The notes under the pieces were generated by a model, which saw nothing but the letters and a program-made list of their open reading frames with translations, was not told where the DNA came from and did no database searches. From Amoebidium appalachense (lineage: Eukaryota > Protista > Ichthyosporea), in assembly GCA_963693365.1 (NCBI GenBank), contig CAVNZM010000004.1:9886468-9950467 (forward strand): a stretch of DNA of 64,000 bases, read 5' to 3'. Below, one piece after another: positions 24,368-37,047 of this stretch. Numbering within the stretch: the stretch's first letter is position 1; each line of letters opens with the position of its first letter. The position numbers were made by a program, and so were the translations under genes.

Positions 24368-25548
24368 GAGCAACGGTGTTGGTGCGTGCATGGATTGGTG
24401 GGGCTAGTGGAGGATGGGTTCCTGTGGAGGAGGGGGTGGAGGGGGGAAGGGGGGTGGGAGGAGGGGGGAGGGAAGGGGGGGGGGGGGGGGGGGGGATTGG
24501 AAGTATTGATGGCTGCAAACTATAGCTACTCTTGCACGTAGGCTGGAGTCCGACGGGTAAATGTTTTCCCGTGTAAATTTATCGTTTGGGTGTTGCTGAT
24601 GTGATCATGAACTGGGGGTTTGGATTTACTTTGTAGTACACCCAAGGCCTCCTAGATAAACAGGCCTTGAGTACACCACGAATCCTGTGATGTATTGTTT
24701 GGCGGTCTTTGTCACATCGGTTCAAGGACTATGTGCCGTGACTGCACAAGGACATATTGTAAGTTATTTACTGATGACACTGGTTCGTTGGTCTTGGGGA
24801 GTGTTTCTGATGAACGGGATTCTTCTCTCATCGTGTAAAAGGCACACTTATGGCCCGGAACGTATAAACGGTGCCACCTATATTTGAGACTGGTCTTAAC
24901 TATAATTTTGACAAGATTTCTGTTTACAGTAGTCATAAGATTCAATAGGCATGACCATCACTGTAGATTTTGAGCCGCTAGATTATGTAAATATTGGTTT
25001 TGTGCTAGAAGACAGAATCCATGGCCCTCCATGCATGGGCTCTACACTCTGTCATATTTTACCCTGGCTTCTGTGCTCTGTTTCCGGAGTGTGTACACTA
25101 CCTATGTAAACCAAAAGTAAACAAGTTGCACTTGTGTACATGCACACAGAGGGGTACCCGATGACATCGCTGCTCATGATAGGGGCCATGTGGAAGCATG
25201 CAATTGCAATGATAGCATCGAGTTTAGTCACGGACCGTGGTGTTACAGTACGTACCGTAACGTAAGTAACATCACGGTACAGTAGCTACATCAACACCAT
25301 CAATTGCTAGCTTGAAGTACAGAAGTGACTACTCAGTACAAAATTTACAGCTACAGGGTGTTTCTTTTCTTTTCTTTTTTTTCAGAGACTATCTATATTC
25401 CTACTTTTTTTAATTGTTTTATAAAAACTGTTTTTTTTAATGCCCGGGCCCTTCTGAACTTTCTGTAAGGTGTTGGGTCAGTCGTGGTAAGGGAATGGAA
25501 AAAAGAAAAAGGGAGAAGAAAAAAAAGAAAGAGGAGGGGGGTTGGGGA

Positions 25549-25593
<45 letters not shown>

Positions 25594-26160
25594 TCAACAA
25601 AAGGCCCAGCCACATCATGCAACATGTCGTGCTGCAACTTCAGTGAGTTTTTCTTATCACAAAAAGGAATGCTGTGCAAAAAAAACCCCTGAATGAACCC
25701 CCTTCTAGCAGCATCCTTCAGCATGCAAGAGCAGAAATCCCGAACTCAGTGAATAACATTAGCAGACCTCGAACATTTATCATTCTGCAGAAAGCCGAAT
25801 TTTTCTGCTCACGACAGCAGAACAACCTCACTCCGAGCAGCCGAGCACAGTTTTTCTGCATTTAGCTGTATCTCTGAAGAATCATTATAACTATTACTCT
25901 GACACAGGTGTTTCAGGAAAAGCAGAGTTACTCGGCAAATTCACAGTTATTCAGCACACGCAGATTTAATGATGCAGCATTTAAAAATGCAGAAGTATTC
26001 TGCAAACAAATACGCTAGGCATAATTATGTAAGCAGATTCGTTCAAAGAAAGACAAGAAAAAAACAGATCCACTCTGTACTGAGCAGCTTGGTTTTGGAG
26101 AGAGCTAGGGGTTGGGGTGGGGTGGGGTGGGTGGGTGGTGGTGGTGGTGGTGGTGGTGGT

Positions 26161-26191
<31 letters not shown>

Positions 26192-26742
26192 GGGGGGGGG
26201 AGGGGGGGGGGGGGGGGGGGCATTGGCTGTCGAACAAGGAGGCCGGGTGGGGGGGGGGGGGGGGGGGGGGGGGGATCCGGGGACCTCGGGGGCTATCCGA
26301 GAGAGCCGCGTTGTGTGCAAGGCCATTCTCCTGCCCGTGTTGGTCGCCGTAGCTGAAGCATATGTGGCTGTCTGGATGCCTTGATCATTAACCTGTTACT
26401 CGAAGTTGTGATGCTGGAAATTTTTGTTTCTATTACATATTATCTCAAAGTTCATTGTTTAATTACTTATTTCTTTATATAATTAAAAAAAACTTTCGGG
26501 GGGGGGGGGGGGGGGGGGGGGGGAGGAGGAAGGGAGGGGGGGGGGGGGGGAGGGGGGAGGGGAAGGGGGAGTAACGGCTGCAGCGTGTATGGGCAGTGCT
26601 GCTGTGCGGTTTTAACACGAACATGTAGAAGGGACGAGGTAATGAAGGATTCCATATGCTTTCGAGGCTCCAGAATGTTGTTTGCAGGAAGGTTTGCGTG
26701 TCTGTGTGCGTATGTGCGTGTGCGTGCGTGCGTGCGTGTGTG

Positions 26743-26806
<64 letters not shown>

Positions 26807-26989
26807 TTTGATTGTGTGTGCGCACAATATGCACGTGTGTACATGTACTAGAGAGCTCTAGCTTTTCGAAGTGAACTTGACTTAAGTTTGCTAAAAAATT
26901 TCTTTTGTCTTGCCGTTGGTTTTACACGGTCTATGTTTTGAAACGGTGAGAGCACTGCCAGGCTGGAGCTCATGTTGCGACACATGCAT

Positions 26990-27024
<35 letters not shown>

Positions 27025-27065
27025 TGTCTAAGAGATCAGCGTGATTGCGCAAACTTGGTCCCGAT

Positions 27066-27097
27066 CACGGCCATCTAGGTGTTTCTAGATGGCCGTG
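27066..27097. mobile_element. 32-bp TIR-only transposon remnant with 8-bp TSD (hAT-like signature)
   Basis: GTCCCGAT | CACGGCCATCTAG-GTGTTT-CTAGATGGCCGTG | GTCCCGAT: perfect 13-bp inverted repeats flanked by an exact 8-bp direct repeat (27058-27065 and 27098-27105). Confidence 0.75.
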
Positions 27098-27718
27098 GTC
27101 CCGATATCTGCCGCTAAGCAGTTTTCCGCTTGAAGCCTGTTTCTCCCAGGCAGAAGTGCGAGCGAAAAAAGGTTTTGCGTTTGTTATATACTAGGTCACT
27201 AGTAAAAGCCCGTAGTAACCAGAACAGCACAAAGCGAACACATACTCGGACGGGGACCCTGAGACACTTTTATATGTTTTTCTATGCGTTCAACAGTTGC
27301 TACCAAAGGGACATAGATAGTGAGGTAGTTCATAAGATAGATAAGATCTAGTCGAAACAATTCATCATCGGCCATGCACCTTTTATCGACTGGATTTGGA
27401 GCAAACAGAACGTACAGATATAAGTGAGAAGATAGTGGCTATGGATGTCATGTGCTTTCTGCATCAGGCTTTCATGCAGTGGCAAGCTGAAAACAGCAGT
27501 AGGACGCAAACAGGTGGCTGGTTTGCCAAAGATCTTTCTACCATCGTGGACCTAAAAACTTCTTTTGCATGTGTTTGGCTGCGTGTTGGTGGGGTGCCCA
27601 TGAAAAAGTTCCAGTCAATGCCTGTGGCAAAGTGTTGCTAAGGCTCAGGACCACACAAACTGTACATATACAGGAGGAAGGTGAGAAAGGGGGTGGGAGG
27701 AGTGGGTGAGAGAGATGA

Positions 27719-27751
<33 letters not shown>

Positions 27752-28305
27752 ATAGCCCAAAGCTGCCTTTATTACAGGCTAAATAGAGAAAGAGAGAGCT
27801 TGCGCACACAACTTTAGGCCGGTGGAAAAACTTTTGAACTGATCACAAAGCTCTCCAAGCATACTTGAGTACGGACGCGGGTGCTGAGCTCAAAACGAAA
27901 TATGGGGCGATTCTAAGGGATCTCAAAACAGGAGGGGCCATCTTCAACCTGACTTGTAGGGTTGTATTACGGTTGGGAAGTTACTACTTAGTGGACTATT
28001 ATAGACTGTCACTAATAACGAATGTAGAATGAATGCTGTGTTACCTAAACAATAATAGTGTATAAATGAAAGTTGACCAACTGTGGCATCATTTTAAATC
28101 AGCGCCAACATATGATACTGAAGAGGTCTCCTTCCTTTCCCGGGAATTTCTCCCTTCCCCCTACCCCCCCCCCCCCCCCTGCTCCCCCCCTCCCCCCCCC
28201 ACACACACACGCGCAAACTCTTCCCTCCTCCTCCCCTCCCCTACCCTTCCCTGTCTCGGTACCCTTTCTGCCGCCTCAGCCCTCAGCAACCCCTATCTCC
28301 CCCCC

Positions 28306-28336
<31 letters not shown>

Positions 28337-28452
28337 ACGCACATTCCCTCTCCGTACTCTCCGTCCCTCCGTCATCCCCCCCCCCCCCCCCACACACACA
28401 CACACGTGACACCAAGACCTTCCCCCCTCCTTACTCTCTGACCCTCCCCCGA

Positions 28453-28483
<31 letters not shown>

Positions 28484-28627
28484 CCTCCTTACCCTTTCGC
28501 CACACTCATATCCCCCCCCTCTCTCGCCTTCACACACCCATGCCTTCCCTTCCTGTTCGTTCTCGACCTTCCTCAGCATCCCCCCCCCCCTCCCCCCTTT
28601 CCTACATGTTCTCTCCTCCCTCCCTCC

Positions 28628-29033
<406 letters not shown>

Positions 29034-29231
29034 GAAGTTTTTAACTTCTAAAATCATGAAATAATGAAATGCCAGGAGGACAATCTGTGCCCCCCCCCCC
29101 CCCCCCCCCCCCCCTCCCTACCCCTCCCCTCTCCCCCAAGCTCTCTCTCTCACCCTCTCCCTTTCTCTCTCTCTCTCTCTCCCCCCCCCCCCTCTCTCTC
29201 TCTCGCTCTCTCTCTCTCTATCTCCCCCCCT

Positions 29232-29266
<35 letters not shown>

Positions 29267-31500
29267 CTTGCCTTCCCCCACCCCCCTCCCCCTGCCAACG
29301 TCTTGTTCTTTTTTTTTCGGCTTTCAAAGACTCATCTTCCGCATCAACGCTAGGCAGCTCGTTCGCAGCTTGCATGTTGCGTCGCTTTTTCACCAGTAGG
29401 TCTCTCTCTTTAACCCCTTCCTCATCATCTCGTTCTTCCTCATCATCTCGTGATCACCCCGCTCACTAAGCTATTCTCGTATTTCCGTATGAGCTTCCGC
29501 CTTAATTTTTATTACACAGGCGAACCCGCGAAGGGTGTGCAAGAACGGGCTCTTTGGCACGTTCCAAGGGCAGACGATCTGCCAAAGCTTGCCATCTTTC
29601 CGATGTGTTCTAGATGAAAGTGGTTGAGCATAAGGAAAGTTTCCTAAGGCGCCATAGAGATGAATTCTTGCGCCCTGCGTTACTTTCGCGTTTTTTAGGG
29701 TTGTGTTCCTTTCCGAATCCCTTCTTCTTACTTTTTTGGAGTGGGTGCCCGTGGAGGTGGGGCAGGATGTGAGCGTGGATCTCTGAGGTAATCCAGAGCG
29801 TGTCTTTCTTCGTCTATGTACTTTTTAGTTTACCCAAACGCAGCCAAACGCTCAAGTTAGTTTACACTCTTCTATTGCAATATTGTCTCTTCATTTCTAG
29901 ATGAGCCTATGAAACCATGGAACGTGTGGATCTTTTTCCTTGGGGTTTCCACACCACTCAGCTACACAGGCAGGCATCTTGAAAACTATCTACCACGATT
30001 ACTATACAGATGCGTACAAAAAGCATAGGAGGTGTCAAACACATAACATAGGACGCGTGTACGTGTTTATTTGTTGTTAAATACTAAGTGTCCACTTTTC
30101 ACACAGCCGCACCACCAACTCTAAGTATTATGTTTTTCTGCCGCCGTCGAAACCACGAAATTGCACATGCTTTTAGAACAAGCCCCCCCTCAACTATTCT
30201 TCCTCTTCGCGGCCAACTTGTAGGCAACTTTTTTTTTACCATTAGACAATCTTTTGCACATCGGTCAAGATTGTCTGAACCGACAAGATGCCTGTAGGGG
30301 GAAGCAAAGAATGCAATTGCTGCAATTGCGGCCGAAAGGGCCATGTTTCGTGCTAAATACATAGTGGTTTTGCAATCGGAAACGTTGTTGTTGTTATATA
30401 TGCAAATGGTATCATCACAGTGTATACAAATACATACATACGGGACACTGCACAGTCACTACAAAAAAAATAGTACCGAGTCCCAAGTACGATATACGTG
30501 CAAAGTATGCGCACTCCGATCAACGTAAAACTTGCGCAATGTGACTTGGTAAACTAAGCTGGAAAAAGTGTTGTCTGTTTGGCACGAGCGGTTATCTACG
30601 CCAGGTTTTGACCTAAATCCGGGTTACAAGTCAGAATCTGGATACTGATTTGATACCCGGCGTATACGGTCTACGCCAGAGTTCGTAACTCCGCGTTGCC
30701 AAACAGGCCCTTTTAAGCGGCAGAAATCGTGTTTGCGCAAACCGCGCTGATCTTCCAACTTCAAGTTCCGACTTCCGACCCCGGCGCCAGGGCAGGCGCA
30801 GCAAGCTTGATTCGGACTCGATTGATTTGTGATATCCAATCGAAATCACAGGAAAGGAACTAATATGACGATAATCTTTTCAGGAATAACTATAAATGGT
30901 CAACAAAACAAACCCCCAACCGAACCAATCAAAGCCAAGAGACTATGACAACCAATAACATCACTCCAAGTGTCGCCCGGTAAATTTTTTTCTGAACGGT
31001 GCAAGTTCGTGATGTCGAATTGTCGATCCTAAAGCTTAAAGGGCTAACATAGGACAGTGTAGAAGGCCAAGGGGCAGGTTGCAAAATCAAAGAGGAAATA
31101 GCCATGTTATAAGATTATATAGCCTTAGTACATTACATTGAGCCTTCATTATATTCTGGAGCTTCTCACCCCTCTAAGACCGCATCTTGGACTAGCGTAC
31201 GTTGCCACGCTTGATTTATGTGAGGCGAAATGATTGGCTGACGCCGGATAATTTTTTTCTATGTGACTATGTGAGCCACGTGTCACTGCCGACTCACTGG
31301 TAGGAATTTCAGCCTGAGCGAAACAAAAAACCAAGCTACTCAGAAAACACTCCACATAACGCTCTCAGCATCACAGATATTGCGCTTGAAAATAAACCAT
31401 AAAGCTATTTTTAACCCTATATTCTCATATTTAGGGCATAATGACAGCGGGCGGCTACTGGCCATGCCAATTCGGAATTACGACACTGGGCAATGTTTTA

Positions 31501-31561
31501 GCTGTGATTGGCTTTTGGTCATGTTTCCCTATCACCTTCTGATAGGGCTCAAGGTATAAAT
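31501..31561 (+). promoter_or_regulatory. Reverse CCAAT box plus TATAAA upstream of the C2 gene
   Basis: GCTGTGATTGGCT at 31501-31513 and TATAAA at ~31555-31560, ~80 bp before the ATG at 31638. Confidence 0.45.
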
Positions 31562-31637
31562 GTCATTTTTTTTTCCTCAGCAGGATCAGTAGAGAATCGA
31601 AACCTTCTCCTAGCTGTTTAGAAAGCCCTATTCCATA

Positions 31638-32694
31638 ATGTCTCTCGGCAAGGTTACCGTCACCCTCGTTAAGGTGACTGACGTGAAGGCCTCCGACATC
31701 GGTGGCAAGGCTGACCCCTTCGTTGAGTTCGAGGTACGTTTTTGTTATACATGCTGTTTCTTGGCGCGTGATATTGTGTTTGCACAAGTGCTAGACTAGT
31801 GGTGCACCCCCGGGGCCCTGAGGCTGCTGTTTACTGCTCACGATTAGTTACTGTGAGCCTGTTGCATGTGTATTTGCACATTGCCGTACTATGTGCCCAT
31901 TTCCAGTGGTGTGCCTTTCACGCCCCAGTGTCTCAATTTTGATCTGACCACTCCCTGCTGAGTGCTAGCTGGCACACAGGGCCCTCAATCGTTTGAAAGC
32001 ATGAAAGTTTCAAATTCAATCCTGTAACACAGAAGTAAAGAGGCTTTTATCACTTGCATTTGCTTTTTTGGTTACTGAAACATCGTGTGACCATCGACTT
32101 CTTGACTATAGGATTATTGCTCTGCTTTGCGTGTTTGGTTTGTCTGTAGTCCATATACACCCGCCCCTTGATTCAACACCCATCTCTCCCTCCTCCTCTC
32201 CACGTGAACCACCTGAAATCCCCCCCCCCCCCCCCCCCCCCCCCCTCCCCCAGCCCCCTTCTATCACTCAATATAGGCAACACATGTCAACCTCTGATTT
32301 CCCTTAAGGTCGCTGCTCATGCATGGCATTACCAGCTCCTCCCCCCCCCCCTCCCCCCCCCCCCCCCCCCCACCCACCAACCCACCCACCCCCCAGTTCC
32401 ACCATCTCTCACTGACAGCCCCTCAAAAAACGGCTCGTTTATTCCCCCTGGGATCTAACATGCACTTCAAAAACTTTCCACAGCTCGACGACTGTGAGAA
32501 GACGTCCACGTGCAAGGACAACAACCTTAACCCCGAGTTCAACGAGGTGTTTGAGTTCACAGACATTAAGGAGCCCCTTAAGCAGAAGTTGGAGGTGTGC
32601 CTGAAGGACAAGGATGTCGGCCGCAGTGAAAAGCTCGGCAAGGCCAAGGTTGAGCTGTCGGCGTGCACCCCCGGCACCGTACGTCCCTCCCCCC

Positions 32695-32725
<31 letters not shown>

Positions 32726-33266
32726 ACACCCTTCCCTTCCGCTTTCTTTGCCTCCTTTCGTCTCTACCCTCCCTCCCTCTGAGGCTTCTGTTTCTCTTGA
32801 TTCTCTGCATCTCAGTCCCCCAGCCCATAACGGCTCCGATCCCCCCTTCCCCCGGGCCCCTCTCCCCCTGACCACAGACATCGTGCTGTGTGAGTCAAAA
32901 CCTCCCCTTCCCCTCCCCCTTCCCCTTCCCCCCACTCCTCCCCTCCTTCCCTCCAGATCATACCAAATGAGGTGCTTAGGATGTGTGTGTGGGGGGGAGG
33001 GCTGGGAACCAGGGGGGGGGGGGGAGGGGGGGGGGGGAGTTCAAGGAAAGACAGGAAAAGAAAAAAGAAAGAGGTTTAGGTACTTTTGCACACAAAATAC
33101 AAACCTGCACACTGGGCAAGTGCTCACCCCCCCCCCCCCCCCCCCCCCTCCCCCCCCCCCCCCCCCCCCCAAACAGGAGAAAGATTTCGAGGTTGTTCTC
33201 GACCGCCATGGCCCCAACGACTCTCTGACCACCAAGGCATACATCAAGGTCTTGGTGCATGCTTAA
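31638..33266 (+). CDS. Small single-C2-domain protein, 3 exons, ~126 aa
   Basis: Exons 31638-31733, 32484-32678, 33177-33266 (phase 0 GT-AG introns). Protein MSLGKVTVTLVKVTDVKASDIGGKADPFVEFEL...NNLNPEFNEVFEF...LEVCLKDKDVGRSEKLGKAKVEL... shows typical C2 motifs (DxxGxxDPF, LNPxFNExF, DxD). Confidence 0.9.
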
Positions 33267-33665
33267 ATAATTAATAAGTACTACTTTAGCTAATGATGAA
33301 ATGTGTTCTGAATATTAACGTATGTATGAGTGGTTTCCGGTGGCGGTGACCATGTAATAAAGATCCCTTATTTTACTGCACAACATCTTCTTCATAGAAA
33401 TGCACACCGCTCCTGATTAGAGATGTGTCCCCCCCCCCCCCCCCCCCCCAGGGGTGACCAGTTTTCTCCAGCAGCGGCATCATAGGCCTGAGCGCTACAA
33501 ATCTCGATGAGACTTGCTCTTTTGCTTTATAACTTTGCCACACACACACAAATCACGTTTTCCACGATAATTCAATATTGTTAATCGTTGGGGGGTTTGG
33601 CTGTATCACCTCAGTCTGCCATGAAGAGTTCCGCGGGTAGCATTTGAGCATTCTCTTTCTTGCTG

Positions 33666-33699
<34 letters not shown>

Positions 33700-34501
33700 C
33701 TTCCCTCAAATTCCTTTCTCGTCGATATACGGGTACCTCAAATCTTGCCGTAATATCTTTCATGACACCAGTTTGTTCATTCATGGGGCCACATGGTACT
33801 GCTCGCTCAGCGTGGGCACCGGGGGGAGGGGGAGGACAACTTGCATGGGTATGTGTGTCAGAGGGCTACGGTACTTATCAATACTAAGCGGCTAATATAC
33901 TTCCACACACAAACACACACACACACACACACACACGTTTGCAACACAACCACACCCACCCACCCACAAACACTGGTTACATGCACACACACACATCGAC
34001 TGTCACATACACCGAAAGAGAGATGTTCACCAGGACATTACGTACGTACAGAATTTCATTTGGCACGCCCGTCCTCCTCACCAGCACACACGCGCATGTG
34101 TGTGTGCGCCCGCATACACACATCCACACACATACACACACACACCACACACACACACGTGCGCGCGCGCGCGCGCGCAACGCGGCCGCCGGGGAGGGCA
34201 TTTAGTATGCTTCTATTCTACTTGGATGTGCCTAATATTAGTCTAGGCCTTGCACTGATAGGCGAGCGGCTCCGTACTGAGTTGCCCTGCAGGCATACCC
34301 GGTGAGGCATAATAAGGCGAGACAGGCCATTACAAGATGCATATGTGGGTGTTGGGCCAGCGGTGACTAGTAGGCCCTACAGCTATGTAGTAGACGGTGT
34401 TTCAGCTTAGTGGTGGTTGTAGCTGGCTGGGGTAGAGAGACAGGAGAAAATGGCGGTGCCACCGTGTGGCCGGATGTGAACGAGAGTATGTGTTCGTGTG
34501 C

Positions 34502-34532
<31 letters not shown>

Positions 34533-34581
34533 CGCGTATGTGTGTTTGTGTGTTTGTGGATGTGTGCGTGTGCAGTGTGTG

Positions 34582-34614
<33 letters not shown>

Positions 34615-34630
34615 GTGTGTGTACATGTGC

Positions 34631-34678
<48 letters not shown>

Positions 34679-35254
34679 GTGTGTATGTGCGTGCGGCGTG
34701 GGGAGAGGATAAAACAAAATCGCAAATCATAGCGGTGTAAACATATCCATATATGGTTATATGTTTCGCGCTCTTTTTTGAGCAGTGAGCCGTTTGCCTG
34801 AACGCAAGTCAGTGCCACGGTCAGTTCACGTCCCCAACCGTGGGAGTACATACGTGGCCCAGTCACCAGTGAGCACACAGGCTGTGAGAGGACAGACTCC
34901 GCCGATATCTAAACTGCGCAGCACCTGGTTACAAAGGCCAAGGGCAACAGAAGGAGTGTCAACGTAAAGAGCTTCATGTTGGGCAGAGGACAACTGGCAG
35001 CTGATACTGGCACATACACACACGCCCATGCACACGCACATGCACACGCACACACACACATACTAGTACTGCTCTACACGTTTAGAACCTAATATACTTG
35101 CTTGAGGCTGGGCTCCTTGACATTTTTGTTTATTTATTAGTCTTTTTCTTTGAAGGCTGGTCTTTCAATCTTCTAGCCTAAAAGAAAGGGAAAGAAAATA
35201 CACACCACTCCCCCTACCTCAGAGCATTGGGGTTTTGCCCCAACCATCAACAGG

Positions 35255-36993
35255 ATGTCTGCCACACCCCAGGCCTGTCCCCAGCCCATTGAAAATGCTG
35301 GAAATGAGTGTATGCTCCCCTCTCCCCCCCACCCCCTTCACTTCTCCTTCTTCCCCTCTCCCCCCCTTCTTCCGTCCCTCCCATAACCCTTTCAACCGCA
35401 TCCTGCATCCCTTTCCCAACTGTCTCTCTCCATCAGTCACTATTGTACGCTCTCCTCTGTGTCTCTCTCTTTCACTTGCCTCCCACCACCCCCCTCCGCA
35501 CCTTACGGGTTGCGTTCACATATCCTTTTCTCTTTACATCCTCCTTTGGCTACCCCAGGTGTAAGCTTTCAGACCTTTTGACTTATCGTTGCGATGCACT
35601 CATGCTCCTTTGCCATGTTCCCATTATCCCTTTCACATCATTTGGTTTTATCAATCAGTTAGAGTTCTTGCTTCGCATCTCTTGATGCTTCTATTGCTTG
35701 CCTTCACAGCTTTTTGTTCGTGTCTCCTTTTTACAACCATGTTAGTCGTGCTAGGGCGACTCGTAGACACTCGTCCACCCATGTACCACACATACGCGGT
35801 CACCGTGCACGCCAACCATGTGCACTGATTCTTGAGCACACATACCGCTCAGACACACCCACACCTCCAAAAAGACGCATGGTGTCTACACTGGTTCTCC
35901 CATTCCTAACCCCAAATTCGACTTTGGGTTCAGTTATGCCTTTTTTTTTTTTTTTTTGCACCATAAGATTTCAGCATCTCTCTCGATCAAGCCTTGTGTT
36001 ATCCGTATTTCTGGGTGATATGTACATTCATGACGTGTTCTTTTTGAGTGCCCAAGTAACCTGCCTACTTTCCCACTTGCTGGCTCCCCTCCCCCTCAAC
36101 CCTCCCTCCTCCCCTCCTTCCCCCCGTGCTTTTGCCCCACTCAGCAAACGGTTCGCCTGCCCCTCCCCCCTAAACCCCCTCCCCCCCCCCCCCCCTATCC
36201 CCCAGCTCCTAGGTACCCAACGAGATAACCTTTCCCAATTGTCCCTTCTTCCCTGTGTATTTTTGGTGCCTCCCCTCCCCCCTCCCCCCGCTCCCCCCTC
36301 CGGGAAAGAAACAAACCAACACATCCCGGGCACTCGTGTGCATACTGACACCACCAATCCACCAACACACAGAGTGTTTTAGAGATGCTGTGTCAAAAAC
36401 AGAGGGGTCGGGGCGGGGTGGTGTGTGTGTGTGTGAGGGGGGGGGGGGGGGGGGATTAGAGAAAGAGAAAGAAGGCGTGGAAGGGGGGGGGGGGGGGGTT
36501 AGGAGAGAGCGAGGGGATGGGGGGAGGTAGGGAGGGAGGAAGTTAGGGAGGGAGGGAGAGGGAAGGAGGGAGGGAGAGGGGGAGAGAGGGAGAGAGGGAG
36601 AGGGTGGGAGGGAGAGAGGTAAGCCTCAGACACACAGAGAATGTGTGGGTCAGCACGACAAGCTAAATTTAGCAATAGTCAAGGTCATCCCTTTGCTCCG
36701 GGCTGCACCAATCGTTTTTTTACACTCACGTGCCTCTAGTGCATGCACCATACACCTATATTAGACATGTGTGCTTATATAGATATGCACACACGGTCAC
36801 TTACTACTCTCCCTTGCCAACACAAAACTGCAACCAAAACGTGACATGATTCCTAACATTATCCCCTCCTCCCCTCCCCCCCCTCCCCCCCCCCCCCCCC
36901 CTTCTCCCCCCCCCCCCAAAAAAATGAAATAAATAAAATAAAAATAAAAATAAAAAGCACATGCATACGCGCTCACGCACGCACGCGCGCGCG

Positions 36994-37047
<54 letters not shown>

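Noticed and set aside
27396-27641. 81-aa non-repetitive ORF
   Set aside because: Non-ATG start, no recognisable homology and no convincing splice partners.
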